64,000 nt of DNA from Acidobacteriota bacterium (GTDB lineage: Bacteria > Acidobacteriota > Vicinamibacteria > Vicinamibacterales > CAVVIG01), in assembly GCA_016195265.1 (NCBI GenBank), contig JACPZW010000073.1:4798-68797 (forward strand), in the 5' to 3' direction. Position numbers and translations under genes: made by a program. The notes beneath the pieces are model-generated. The model was not told the origin of the DNA. It was given only the letters and a program-made list of their open reading frames with translations, and made no database searches. Shown here piece after piece: positions 26,400-35,901 of the stretch. How positions within the stretch are numbered: the stretch's first letter is position 1; each line of letters begins with the position of its first letter.

Positions 26400-27800
26400 T
26401 CAGGCGGCGGCAAGCGCGGCCGGCGCGCGGCGCGCGAGCTGAACGAATTCCCAGAGCACGAGCCCGAGCAGCAGCAGCGTCCCGAGCAGGCACAGGCCGC
26501 TGTCGAGATAAGCCTGCCACGCGTCGCGCCGCAGCAGCGCCGACAACCACGACGTCGGGACGATCAGCGCGTTCAACAGCACGTAGCTCACCGCCCAGAG
26601 CGCGATCTTGAAGGCGCGGCCGGCCTGCGGACGCGTCACGTACCAATGGAAGAGCGCGGCCAGCGGCAGCAGAAACACGATGTAGTAGTAGTAGTGCGCG
26701 TGGACGAACGCCACGCCGGCCATGGTGAGAATGCTGAATTCCCAGATCGCGGCCCACTTCACGGTCTCGGTATCGGCCCGCCGCCGCTCCAGCATCACGG
26801 CGCCCCAGGTGAAGATCGCGCCCGCGGCCGCGGCCAGGACGCCGAACGCGGCCTTCGCCGACAGCCACGGCCAGCGGTCCTCGACGCCGCACAGCGCCCA
26901 CCGCACGTCGGCCTCCGTGCCGCGTCCATCGAGCCACTGCCGGCAGAAGTCGGATTTCAACGCGCCGCGGGCGATGACGGGATACAGCACCTCGCCGCCG
27001 CCCAGCGGCCGCACGAGGCCGCCGACGATGCTGACGGTCCTGCCGATGATGAAGTGATCGAGACCGAAGACGAGCTGCGCGGCGAGGAACAGCGCGGCCG
27101 AGGCGCCCGCGAACGCGACGAGACCTTTGACGCGCCGGTGCAGGGCGAACGAGGCCAGCAGCACGATCGGCCAGTATTTGAACCACGCGAGGTAGGCGAC
27201 CGCCGCGCCGCCGGCCGCGTCGTGCCCGCGTGCCATCAGCGCGCACGCGGCGATGAGCGCGAGAAACGCGACGGCTTCGAATTCGCGCTGCACGAGCGAC
27301 TGCGTCAGCGGAAGAAACGCGAACGCCATCGCGAGAATCGCCGCGGGCATCCAACTCGCGTGTCCCACCTGCCCATCGGGCGGAGCAAGCTCCGCCCCTA
27401 CCTGCCCTTCCCGCCCTTCCTGCCTCTCCCGCCCTCCTAGCATCTTCACCAGCAGCGCGCAGGCCGCCGCCAGCACCAGTGGATACAACAGCAGCAACGC
27501 CGTCGAGATCTGCTCGTATGAGTTGAGGAAGACGACAGGAAACAGCGTCAGATACTGCGACGGCCCGTAGTAGTACAGGCCGTGGTTGTACTTCAACGCG
27601 ACCTGCATGTCGGGGCTGTTCCACAGCGCCGGGTTCAGCCGTTGGGCGTACTCACCGGGCATCGTGAAGTAGAAGTCGCCCTGCGTGTGCTCCAGCCCGC
27701 GGACTATGCCCTTGGCCAGATAGACAGCCGCGATCGCGAGACACAGGGCCGCGATCACCCGCCCGCGTCCGTCTTTCGGCCACCAAGTCGCCACACTCAC
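26400..27800 (-). CDS. Polytopic membrane protein, GT-C superfamily (GT87/DUF2029-like); carries an in-frame hairpin-repeat insertion
   Basis: YYYGPSQYLTLFPVVFL...FLPLTQSLVQREFEAVAFL...AYLAWFKYWPIVLL. Paralogue of 55420-56742. GTG start 27800 forms a GTGA overlap. Confidence 0.7.
   Translation of the reverse strand: MSVATWWPKDGRGRVIAALCLAIAAVYLAKGIVRGLEHTQGDFYFTMPGEYAQRLNPALWNSPDMQVALKYNHGLYYYGPSQYLTLFPVVFLNSYEQISTALLLLYPLVLAAACALLVKMLGGRERQEGREGQVGAELAPPDGQVGHASWMPAAILAMAFAFLPLTQSLVQREFEAVAFLALIAACALMARGHDAAGGAAVAYLAWFKYWPIVLLASFALHRRVKGLVAFAGASAALFLAAQLVFGLDHFIIGRTVSIVGGLVRPLGGGEVLYPVIARGALKSDFCRQWLDGRGTEADVRWALCGVEDRWPWLSAKAAFGVLAAAAGAIFTWGAVMLERRRADTETVKWAAIWEFSILTMAGVAFVHAHYYYYIVFLLPLAALFHWYVTRPQAGRAFKIALWAVSYVLLNALIVPTSWLSALLRRDAWQAYLDSGLCLLGTLLLLGLVLWEFVQLARRAPAALAAA
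27375..27407. repeat. Variant REP hairpin (GGCGGAGC-aa-GCTCCGCC-CCTAC) inserted in-frame in a CDS, flanked by an 8-bp direct repeat
   Basis: ACCTGCCC at 27367-27374 and 27400-27407 flanks ATCGGGCGGAGCAAGCTCCGCCCCT. The same hairpin occurs at 49106-49128. Confidence 0.7.
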
Positions 27801-28984
27801 GCGGGTCGAGCTCCGGCGGGCCCGCCTTCGCTCGCGTGCGAGGGCGCGAGCTTCGGCGGGGCAGGCAGCCAGCGGCGGTAGCAGTCAATCTGATTCGTCA
27901 CCATGCGATCGATGGTGAAGCGCTCGCGCACCGACCGCCGGCCTTCGTCCGCCATGCGCCGGCCGAGGGCGGGATCCCGATAGAGGCGCAGCACCGCCGC
28001 CGCAATCGCGTGCGCATCGGCGCGCGGCACGAGCAGTCCGTGGACGCCGTCGGTGACGACTTCCGGCGCGGCCGCGACGTTGGTCGCCACAAGCGGCGCG
28101 CCAGCGGCGAGCGCCTCGACCACGGTCTGACAGAACGCCTCGGTCAGCGACGGATGGACGACGACGTCCATCGCGCGCATGCAGGCCGGCACGTCGCGGC
28201 GGTAGCCGGCGAAGATCACGCGATCGGCGAGGCCCTGGCCGCGCACCATCGCCTCGATCGCCTCGCGATCCCCGCCGCCGAGCAGCAGCACTTTGAGATT
28301 CGGGATGTCCCGCGCGAGCTCGCGCGCGGCGCCGAGCAGGTACGGATGGCCTTTGGTGCGGAAGAACCGGGCGACGCACCCGATGACGAACGCGTCGCCA
28401 AGCCCGAGATCGGCGCGGACGCGCCGCCGGTCGTCGTCGGTCGCGCTCAGCGCGTCGAAGTCAAAGCCCTGATAGATCACCTCGATCTTGTCCGGCGAGG
28501 CGCCTTCACGCCTGACCATGTGCGTCTTCACGGCCTGCGACAGCACGACGACGCGATCGGCGCGGCTGGTCAGCAGTCGATCGCACCAGCCGTGGAGACG
28601 CGTGCCGATCATTTCGATTTCAGATGTGTGATGCCGCGTCAACACGACCAGCGGAACGCGGGCGAGGCGCGCCGCCGCGAGACCCACGATCCCGCCGTCA
28701 ACCAGGTGCGTCTGGACGACGTCCACACGGCGCCCGCGCAGCCAGCGCGCGAGCCTCGCGATCGCGCCGAGGTACGCCGTCTTGCGGCGCGCGCCCAGGC
28801 ACTCGTAGTCGCCGCCGATCTCGCGCAGCCAGGACGGCGTCTCCGGCTCGACGAGGCTCACGCCGGACACCGTCAGCCCGCGCGCGTGCAATCCCCGCCC
28901 GAGATTCGCGAAGTAATGCGAGTCGAGCGTCGTCGCGCACACGTGACACACGTGCAGTGATGCGCCGGCGGCGGCCTTCAGCAC
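27797..28984 (-). CDS. GT4-family (GT-B fold) glycosyltransferase
   Basis: ...VARFFRTKGHPYLL...LLGGGDRE...HPSLTEAFCQTVVEALAAGAPLVATNV (E-x7-E region). Start tentatively GTG 28984 (VLKAAAGASLHVCHV), as there is no ATG nearby. Confidence 0.75.
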   Translation of the reverse strand: MLKAAAGASLHVCHVCATTLDSHYFANLGRGLHARGLTVSGVSLVEPETPSWLREIGGDYECLGARRKTAYLGAIARLARWLRGRRVDVVQTHLVDGGIVGLAAARLARVPLVVLTRHHTSEIEMIGTRLHGWCDRLLTSRADRVVVLSQAVKTHMVRREGASPDKIEVIYQGFDFDALSATDDDRRRVRADLGLGDAFVIGCVARFFRTKGHPYLLGAARELARDIPNLKVLLLGGGDREAIEAMVRGQGLADRVIFAGYRRDVPACMRAMDVVVHPSLTEAFCQTVVEALAAGAPLVATNVAAAPEVVTDGVHGLLVPRADAHAIAAAVLRLYRDPALGRRMADEGRRSVRERFTIDRMVTNQIDCYRRWLPAPPKLAPSHASEGGPAGARPA

Positions 28985-30717
28985 GCGACCGCCTCCGTCT
29001 TCGTCTTTGTCGTCTTCGAGGGCTGCGTGCGATAGATGAAGTCCGTCCCGTGAAGGATGCCGTCGCACATCGTGTCGAGACCCGCATCGCGGCCGGGCTC
29101 GAGATCGCGCAAACCGCTCACGTGCACTTCGTAGGGGCTCCAGCGCTTCGGATCGCCGGTCACCGGCCGGATCACCGACAGCGGGATCATGCGGCGGAAG
29201 AAAAAGTGGTACGCGTACTTCTTCGCGCGGCGGATCGTGTCCGCGTCGAGACGCCGCCCGCACGGCAGGCCGTCGAGAATCGCGCGATAGTGCTCCGGCG
29301 ATCGCACGTCCGTCGTGATGCCCTTGTTCCGAATCCACGCCTCGCCGGCGACGATGACGGGAATGCCCATGCTCGTCAGCTCGACGCCGGTCTTCGTGCC
29401 GTAGATGAGCACGCTGTCGCACTGCGCCATCACGGCATAGGTGCTGACCGGGCTCTCGGGCGGAATCAGAAAGATGTTCGGCGGCAGCTGTCCGATCTCA
29501 TTCCTGATTTCGTCGGCGATCGGCTGGCGCGACTGGATGTGGCCGCGCAGTTCGGCCGGGTGCACGCGGATGATCAGCTGCAGATCCGGCCGCGTCGCGA
29601 AATACGCGATGGTCGCGGCCAGCCATTCCCACATGTCCGCGAATGCGTTCTGCGGGTAGTGCAGCTGCGCGTCCCACATAACGTTCGTCAGCAGCCCAAT
29701 CGACGGCTTGCGCCAATCGATCCCGGTCGCGCGCGCGATAGCCTCGGGTTCGGTCTCCGCGGCGCGGCTGAACGAGATCCAATCCTGCGAGCCCGTCCAC
29801 CGGCTCTTGAGGTAGGTCATGAGTTCGGTCTCGCGCTCGTCGTCCCAGTCAAGGTCGGCCCACGTCGAAACCGGCTCGGTCATCAGCGTGTGGTGATACG
29901 TGTCGCCGTGGCTGAAGATGAACGAGTTCCTGCGGTACGACTGAATCCAGTTCACGACGCGGATGCCGCAGCGGCGCGCGACCGCGCCGACGATGCCCTG
30001 CGGCACGTAGATGCCGTGATTGAAGGAGGCCGCCGCGTACGGCTGCACGGTCAGCAGCCGCTCGATCGACGCGCGCGTGATGAGCGCGGCCGCGAAGAAG
30101 CGGCGCAGCACGTCGTCGCCGTGCGGCTCGCGCTCGAGACTCGTGCGGGCGAAAAAGCGAATCGCTCCCGCGCGCGCGTGCTCGCCGATCGGAAAGCCGT
30201 CCGAGGTGTAGTCGAAGATCTCGTCGCGCGTGAGCGTCCGCGCGAGGCGCCAGGCCTCGTCTTCCTCGCCGGCGGCCAGAAAATCGCCGTAGTGCAGGAC
30301 CTTGACGCCGAGCGCCCTGAACATCGCGTCCGCCGGGCCGTGGCACGACCGGCAGAGCTCGCGGCGCGGCCCGTACGGGATGAATTCGTTGACGACCCAT
30401 TCGTCTTTCAACGTGCCGAGCAGGCAGCTCTGGCACGCGGGCAGCACTTCGTTGCAGAGCAGCACGTCCACGCGCGCGCCCCTCAGCGTCAGCGCCACCG
30501 CGAGCACGCTGTCGAGCGTCGTCATGGCCGGGTGCCCGATGCTCGGCGCGAGCAGGACGCGCGGGGCATCGGCGGGCAGCGCGGCCACATGGCGCCGCAG
30601 GTCCGCGTAATCGGCCGCGCCGAGAAGATCGGGCCATCGTGGCTGATCGACCTTCACCGGGTACACGCGCCGGACGAGACGCTTGAGCGCGCGCTTCTGG
30701 GGAGCGAATGCGCTCAC
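28978..30717 (-). CDS. Capsule-polysaccharide-biosynthesis-type protein (KpsS/KpsC 'Capsule_synth'-like, tentative)
   Basis: 579-aa soluble ORF with Cys-rich N-terminal part (LLCNEVLPACQSCLLG...CRSCHG) and ...IGLLTNVMWDAQLHYP...IIRVHPAE...VLIYGTKTGVELTSMGIPV. GTG start 30717 forms a GTGA overlap. Confidence 0.5.
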   Translation of the reverse strand: MSAFAPQKRALKRLVRRVYPVKVDQPRWPDLLGAADYADLRRHVAALPADAPRVLLAPSIGHPAMTTLDSVLAVALTLRGARVDVLLCNEVLPACQSCLLGTLKDEWVVNEFIPYGPRRELCRSCHGPADAMFRALGVKVLHYGDFLAAGEEDEAWRLARTLTRDEIFDYTSDGFPIGEHARAGAIRFFARTSLEREPHGDDVLRRFFAAALITRASIERLLTVQPYAAASFNHGIYVPQGIVGAVARRCGIRVVNWIQSYRRNSFIFSHGDTYHHTLMTEPVSTWADLDWDDERETELMTYLKSRWTGSQDWISFSRAAETEPEAIARATGIDWRKPSIGLLTNVMWDAQLHYPQNAFADMWEWLAATIAYFATRPDLQLIIRVHPAELRGHIQSRQPIADEIRNEIGQLPPNIFLIPPESPVSTYAVMAQCDSVLIYGTKTGVELTSMGIPVIVAGEAWIRNKGITTDVRSPEHYRAILDGLPCGRRLDADTIRRAKKYAYHFFFRRMIPLSVIRPVTGDPKRWSPYEVHVSGLRDLEPGRDAGLDTMCDGILHGTDFIYRTQPSKTTKTKTEAVAC

Positions 30718-32735
30718 GACGGGACCTTGTAGGGCGGGTCCTTCTGGACCCGCCGGACCGGCCGGTCTGCCGGGTCCGAAAGGACCCGGCCTACATCACC
30801 TACGTCCGTTGCGTCCGATACGACCCGGCCTACGTCTTCACGCAGCGCGAGCGTCGCCGCGATCGTGTCGCACAAGCTGGTGGCGTCGAGGCCGTGCGCG
30901 TGCAGCACTTCGTCGTTGCGTCCGCACAGCGGCACGTCGGTCACGCCGAGCCGGCGCACGACGCGCTCGCCAGGCAGCGACAGCTCGGCGAGCGTCCGCA
31001 GCAGCATGTCGCCCTGGCCGCCGTGGATGAAATGGTTGTCCAGCGTGAACACGGCCGGCGCGTCGCGCACGATCGACGCGAACCAGCCCCGATCGATCCG
31101 GTTCAGCCACGGCAGGTTGACGACCGCGAGATGGATGTCGTGGCGCGCCTTCAGCAGCGCCGTCGCCCGGACGGCTTCCGAGAGCATCACGGGGCCGTAG
31201 GCAAAGACCACGCCGTCGCGGCCCGGGACGAGCGTGACGCCGCGGCCCTCGAGCAGCTCGTAATCGGCGGGCAGATCGAACGGCACGTCCCACGGGACGG
31301 AGACGAGCCGCAGGTAGACGCTGTCGAGCGTTCGATCCGCGCAGCCGTACCGCACGGCCATGTCGACTTCGCGTTCCGTGCTCGGCTCGATCAGCACAAG
31401 CCCGGGCACCGCCGACAGCGCGGCGATATCGCGCACGCACTGATGCGAATGGCCCGGACCGCCGGGCACGAGTCCGGCCAGCGAACCGACGTAGATCACC
31501 TTCGTGCGCTCGGTCGCGTTGTTGTAGATCTGCTCGTTCGGCCGATCCGAAAGAAAGCACGCGAACGAATGGACGATGGGCAGCAGGCCCTTCAGCGCGG
31601 CGCCGCCGGCCTGGGACACCATGTCCTGCTCGGCGATGCCGCACTCGACGAACCGCTCGGGGAATTCCGCCTCGAACGGCAGCAGCCCGGTGTCGAGCGC
31701 CAGGTCGGCGTCGAAGACCACGAGGCGCGGGTTGCGGCGGGCCTGCTCGACGAGCGCGCGCGAGTACGCCGCGACGAGACGCTGCGGACGCTGCGGCGCC
31801 GTGTGGTCCGGCCGCGGCGTGGACTCGAGCCGGACGGCGTCCGCGCGCATCGACGCCAGCGCCGCGTTCACGCGCGCGACGAGCTCCGGCAGCGCCTTCA
31901 GATACGTGTCGTCGTCCGGCGCGCCGCTGTGGAAGCGGTACAGCCGATCATCGGGCGAGAGCGCAGTGCCCTCCATGAACGAGACGCCGCGGCCTTTGAT
32001 CGTGTCGGCGATGATCGCCTTGGGCCGATCGTGGACCAGCGCCAGCGACGCGAGCGTCCGCGCGATCGCGCCCGTGTCGTGGCCGTCGACGCGGGCGATG
32101 TGCCAGCCGAAGCTGCGCAGCTTGGCTTCGAGATCGCCCAGGTCGCTCACGCGCGACACCCAGATGTCGGACTGAATCTTGTTGTGATCGACGATCGCCG
32201 TCAGGCCGCCGAGCCGCGTGTTGGCGGCGGACACGAGCGATTCCCAGAACTGCCCTTCCTGCAACTCGCCGTCACCGGTCAGCACGAACGCGCGGCCCTT
32301 GCCGCCCAGCACACGATTGGCGAGCAGCATGCCCTTCGCCTTCGAGACGCCCATGCCGAGCGATCCCGTGTTCGTCTCGATCGAGGGCGTGGAGACGTCG
32401 GGATGGCCCGGCAGGCCGTTCAGCCGGCGCAGCTCGTGGATCTTCTCGAACGGCAGCTTGCCGATCGCCGTCAGCACTGCGTACAACGCCGGCGCGTCGT
32501 GCCCCTTCGACGAAAAGAACACATCGTCGGCAGTCAGCTCGTTCAGGTACAACCAGCTGATGAGATCGAGACAGCTGAAGCTCGTGCCGATGTGCCCGGA
32601 GCCCGCGCGCGTGATCATGTAGAGCGCGTTGATGCGGCAGAGATCCGCGAAGACCGCCGTCTTGCGGACGGGATCCACGTCCAGCGCGCGCACGCGGCTG
32701 AACTCGGCCTGCGGGACGTACTGAAGATCAATCAT
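30714..32735 (-). CDS. Transketolase-family ThDP enzyme (N- and C-terminal halves fused), with REP-encoded C-terminal tail
   Basis: SGHIGTSFSCLDL...GSLGMGVSKAKG...LTGDGELQEGQFWES...CGIAEQDMVSQAGG...GPGHSHQCVRDIA. The last ~40 codons (GRVLSDPADRPVRRVQKDPPYKVPS) lie in REP hairpins. Confidence 0.8.
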   Translation of the reverse strand: MIDLQYVPQAEFSRVRALDVDPVRKTAVFADLCRINALYMITRAGSGHIGTSFSCLDLISWLYLNELTADDVFFSSKGHDAPALYAVLTAIGKLPFEKIHELRRLNGLPGHPDVSTPSIETNTGSLGMGVSKAKGMLLANRVLGGKGRAFVLTGDGELQEGQFWESLVSAANTRLGGLTAIVDHNKIQSDIWVSRVSDLGDLEAKLRSFGWHIARVDGHDTGAIARTLASLALVHDRPKAIIADTIKGRGVSFMEGTALSPDDRLYRFHSGAPDDDTYLKALPELVARVNAALASMRADAVRLESTPRPDHTAPQRPQRLVAAYSRALVEQARRNPRLVVFDADLALDTGLLPFEAEFPERFVECGIAEQDMVSQAGGAALKGLLPIVHSFACFLSDRPNEQIYNNATERTKVIYVGSLAGLVPGGPGHSHQCVRDIAALSAVPGLVLIEPSTEREVDMAVRYGCADRTLDSVYLRLVSVPWDVPFDLPADYELLEGRGVTLVPGRDGVVFAYGPVMLSEAVRATALLKARHDIHLAVVNLPWLNRIDRGWFASIVRDAPAVFTLDNHFIHGGQGDMLLRTLAELSLPGERVVRRLGVTDVPLCGRNDEVLHAHGLDATSLCDTIAATLALREDVGRVVSDATDVGDVGRVLSDPADRPVRRVQKDPPYKVPS
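30729..30833. repeat. REP-type hairpin pair plus a solo tail
   Basis: GTAGGGCGGGTCCttctGGACCCGCC ... GCCGGGTCCgaaaGGACCCGGCCTAC, then GACCCGGCCTAC at 30822-30833. Inside the 3' end of the transketolase ORF. Confidence 0.85.
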
Positions 32736-32767
32736 TCAAGACGATGAACACAGGCAAATCGAAGAGC

Positions 32768-32868
32768 TGCAGGCCGGGTCCAAAAGGACCCGCCCTACGT
32801 CCCGTCACAGTCGGTACTGCACAGGCGGGTCCGAAAGGACCCGCCCTACGTCCCGTCACAGTTGGTAC
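32768..32868. repeat. REP hairpin unit duplicated as a ~50-bp direct repeat
   Basis: GG(C)CGGGTCC(a/g)aaaGGACCCGCCCTACGTCCCGTCACAGT(C/T)GGTAC occurs twice in tandem. Confidence 0.85.
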
Positions 32869-33635
32869 GGTTTCTGCGCGACCGTCGGTAATCGCGCCTC
32901 TCCCAGTTCGACGAAGCGCTCGGCGAGCATCCAGTCCTCGCGGCTGTTGACGTCGAAGCCTTCGAAGCCTTCGGTGAGAAACGGCATGACGACGTCGCCG
33001 GCGATCGTCCGGCCGCCGAAGACGACGCGCGACCACGCGATCTCGAGCGAGGCGTTCTGCACGTGGATCTCGGGCAGCGTGTTGGTCTGGCTGCTGTGCC
33101 AGGGCTGTCCCGCCGGACCGAGCGGCAGCAGCGGCGTCATCCGGCGGCCGCGCACGATCCACATCTTGCCGGGATGCTGGCGGCAACGCTCGACGGCGCG
33201 CAGCGAATCGACCCCGGCGTCCGCGGCGAACGCCGTCCACGCGCGCTGAATTGTGGCCGGCTGGCGAAACGGGCTGGTCGGGCGCAGCAGGCTGAAGCTC
33301 TCGAACGTCCGGCCGCTGTCACGCAGCCGCGACAGCAGATGCTCGACCCACTCGATGTCGGGCGACGCGTCGCCTGCGAACTGCGCGGGCCGCAGAAACG
33401 GCACCGTCGCGCCGTAGTGCCGCGCGATGTCGGCGTACCGCTCGTCGTCGGTCGAGACGATGACGTCGGCGAAGACGCCGCTGTTGCGCGCCGCGGCGAT
33501 GGTGTACGCGAGGACCGGATGCCCGCCGAGCACGCGGACGTTCTTGTCGGGCACGCGCTTCGATCCGGATCGCGCCGGAACGAGTGCGACGCATGCGGGC
33601 TTGCCTTGAGTCTTCTCGAAGGGTTTCGGGTTCAC
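32856..33635 (-). CDS. Acylneuraminate (NulO/Kdo-type) cytidylyltransferase, NeuA/CTP_transf_3 family
   Basis: CVALVPARSGSKRVPDKNVRVLGGHPVLAYTI...LLRPTSPFR. GTG 33635 forms a GTGA overlap with the upstream stop. Confidence 0.8.
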   Translation of the reverse strand: MNPKPFEKTQGKPACVALVPARSGSKRVPDKNVRVLGGHPVLAYTIAAARNSGVFADVIVSTDDERYADIARHYGATVPFLRPAQFAGDASPDIEWVEHLLSRLRDSGRTFESFSLLRPTSPFRQPATIQRAWTAFAADAGVDSLRAVERCRQHPGKMWIVRGRRMTPLLPLGPAGQPWHSSQTNTLPEIHVQNASLEIAWSRVVFGGRTIAGDVVMPFLTEGFEGFDVNSREDWMLAERFVELGEARLPTVAQKPYQL

Positions 33636-35095
33636 ACGCGGTGCGGGTTGAGGTTGATGTAGACGTCCTTCACGCTGGAGTAGATGTCCAGCGCTTCGGT
33701 GCCCGGCTCGCGCGAGCCGTTGCCCGACTGCTTGACGCCGCCGAACGGCATGTGCGGCTCGCTGCCGAAGGTGCCTGCGTTCACGACGGCGACACCGGCC
33801 GCCACCTTGCGCGCGAAGAGCAGCGCGCGATGGACGTTCTGCGTGTGGATGCAGGCGGTCAGGCCGTAGGTGGACCGATCGGCAAGCGCCAGCGCGGCCG
33901 CGAAATCCTTCGCGCGATAGAGACACGCAATCGGGCCGAACAGCTCCCGCGTCGAAATGTCGTCGTCCGGAGCGGCGTTCTCGACGAGCGTTGGCGCGAC
34001 GAAGAACCCGTGCCGATGCGGCTCGTCCATCAGCCGCTCGCCGCCGGTCAGGACGCGTGCGCCTCGCTCGCGCGCGCGCTGCAGCACCGACAGCATGTTC
34101 GTGAGTTGCTCTTCGTTGATGACGGGACCGAAGTCGTCGTTGTCGGACGTGCCGACCTTGAGCTTCTTCGCGCGCTCGACCAGCATGTCCCGGAAACGAT
34201 CGTAGACGGCGTCGAAGACGATGATGCGCGTGCCCGACGCGCAGCGCTGGCCGGCGTTGCTGAACGCGGACAGCAGTGTCCAGGTCGCTGCGTTTTCGAG
34301 ATCCGCATCGTCGCAGACGACGAGCGGGTTCTTGCCGCCGAGCTCGAGCGAGATCTTGGCGAGCCGGCGGCCCGCGACGGCCGCGATCTCGCGGCCCACG
34401 GCGGTCGATCCGGTGAACGAGATCACCGGCACGCCCGTGTGCGCGACGAGCGGCGCGCCGGCTTCCTCGCCCAGGCCCTGCACGACGTCATAGAGGCCGT
34501 CGGGTAGCCCGGCCTCCTTCGCGATTTCGTGCAGCAGCCAGGCGGTCGCCGGCGTGTCTTCCGCCGCTTTCAGCACCGCGGCGTTGCCGCAGATCAGCGC
34601 CGGAAACAGTTTCCATGCGACGTTGGCAATCGGCGTGTTCGCTGCGACGATCAGCCCCGCCACGCCGAGCGGCTCGCGGACAGTCATGACCTGCCGGTTC
34701 GGCGTCGCGCTGGTCGTCGTCCGGCCGTAGAGCCGCTGCCCTTCGCCGGCGTAGAAATGCGCGAGCGCGATGGCGCCGCCCGTCTCGTCCAGCGCATCCT
34801 TCGTCGACTTGCCGGTTTCGGCCGCGACGACGCGCGCGATGTCGTCACGCCGGGCGTGCATCGCGTTGGCGACGTCCCGAAGGATGTCGCCGCGGCGAAC
34901 CGGCGTCGTATCGGCCCACGCCGGCTGCGCGGCGGCAGCGGCGGCGACCGCCGCATCGACATCCGCCGCGTGCGATCGCGCCACTTCGCACAGGCGCTTT
35001 CCCGTCGCGGGGTTGAGTTTGTCGAACCACTCGCCCGCGGCCGGCGACGCTTCGCGGCCGGCGATGCAGTTGTGAATGCGGGACGGGATTACCAT
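33632..35095 (-). CDS. NAD(P)-dependent aldehyde dehydrogenase
   Basis: ...FTGSTAVGREI...SLELGGKNPLVV...NAGQRCAS...PFGGVKQSGNGSRE. Start ATG 35095. Confidence 0.85.
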   Translation of the reverse strand: MVIPSRIHNCIAGREASPAAGEWFDKLNPATGKRLCEVARSHAADVDAAVAAAAAAQPAWADTTPVRRGDILRDVANAMHARRDDIARVVAAETGKSTKDALDETGGAIALAHFYAGEGQRLYGRTTTSATPNRQVMTVREPLGVAGLIVAANTPIANVAWKLFPALICGNAAVLKAAEDTPATAWLLHEIAKEAGLPDGLYDVVQGLGEEAGAPLVAHTGVPVISFTGSTAVGREIAAVAGRRLAKISLELGGKNPLVVCDDADLENAATWTLLSAFSNAGQRCASGTRIIVFDAVYDRFRDMLVERAKKLKVGTSDNDDFGPVINEEQLTNMLSVLQRARERGARVLTGGERLMDEPHRHGFFVAPTLVENAAPDDDISTRELFGPIACLYRAKDFAAALALADRSTYGLTACIHTQNVHRALLFARKVAAGVAVVNAGTFGSEPHMPFGGVKQSGNGSREPGTEALDIYSSVKDVYINLNPHRV

Positions 35096-35901
35096 GCGGT
35101 CCACCCGCCGTCGATCACGAGGTTCGATCCGGTCATGTACGACGAAGCGTCGGACAGCAGAAATACGACCGCGCCGTTGTACTCGTCCTCGCGCGCCATG
35201 CGGCCGAGCGGCACGCGCGCGCTGTACGCCTCGACGAACCTTGGATCCTGGTTGTTGAACACGCCGCCGAACGTGACAGTGTTGACACGCACGTTGCGGC
35301 CCGCCCAATACGTGGACAGGTAGCGCGTGAGATTGAGGACCGCCGACTTCGACGCCGAGTACGCGACCGGCTTGAAGAACGGACCGCCGGCCTCGCGACG
35401 GTATTCGTACAGCCGCTGGTCCGGCGACACGAGGCCGTAGGTTGAGGACACGTTGACGATCGATCCGCGCCCGGCTTCCGCCATCTGCCCGCCAACCGCC
35501 TGACAGCACAGCATCGTGCCCTTGACGTTGACGTCCATCACGCGATCCCACGAGCTTTCCGGGTAACTCTCGAAAGGACCGTTTTCCTCCGCGGGCGCGT
35601 TGGGCGGCGAATCGATCGCGGCCGCGTTGATAAGACCGTGCGGGACGCCCATCTGCGCGTTGACGATGTCGAGCGCCGCATCGAGCGAATCGCGGCTGCG
35701 CACGTCCACGCGGACCGGCAGGATGTGTTCGTGATCGGCGCCGAAGACGTCTTGCGCGCGCACAGGGTCCGCGGCCAGATCGAACGCGGCGACCCGGGTA
35801 CCCCGGCGCACGAGCGCGCGACAGAACTGGCGGCCAAGCTGTCCGTATGCGCCGGTCACGACGACGACGCGGCCGGAGAGATCGAAGAGATCTTTAGTCA
35901 A
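35089..35901 (-). CDS. Short-chain dehydrogenase/reductase (classical SDR)
   Basis: GRVVVVTGAYGQLGRQ...NAAA...YSASKSAV. There is no ATG; tentative TTG start at 35901 overlaps the upstream TAA. Confidence 0.75.
   Translation of the reverse strand: MTKDLFDLSGRVVVVTGAYGQLGRQFCRALVRRGTRVAAFDLAADPVRAQDVFGADHEHILPVRVDVRSRDSLDAALDIVNAQMGVPHGLINAAAIDSPPNAPAEENGPFESYPESSWDRVMDVNVKGTMLCCQAVGGQMAEAGRGSIVNVSSTYGLVSPDQRLYEYRREAGGPFFKPVAYSASKSAVLNLTRYLSTYWAGRNVRVNTVTFGGVFNNQDPRFVEAYSARVPLGRMAREDEYNGAVVFLLSDASSYMTGSNLVIDGGWTAW

Noticed and set aside
25909-27624. Very long N-terminal extensions of many track ORFs. Examples: 25909-27624, 24881-26248, 40164-42005, 59051-61540, 60331-62397, 45303-47273, 46955-48997, 20028-21401 and 27797-29422.
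   Set aside because: The extensions run through the upstream gene in another frame and are Arg/Pro/Gly-rich. Family-typical N-termini begin at internal ATG/GTG codons that form ATGA/GTGA overlaps with the upstream stop.
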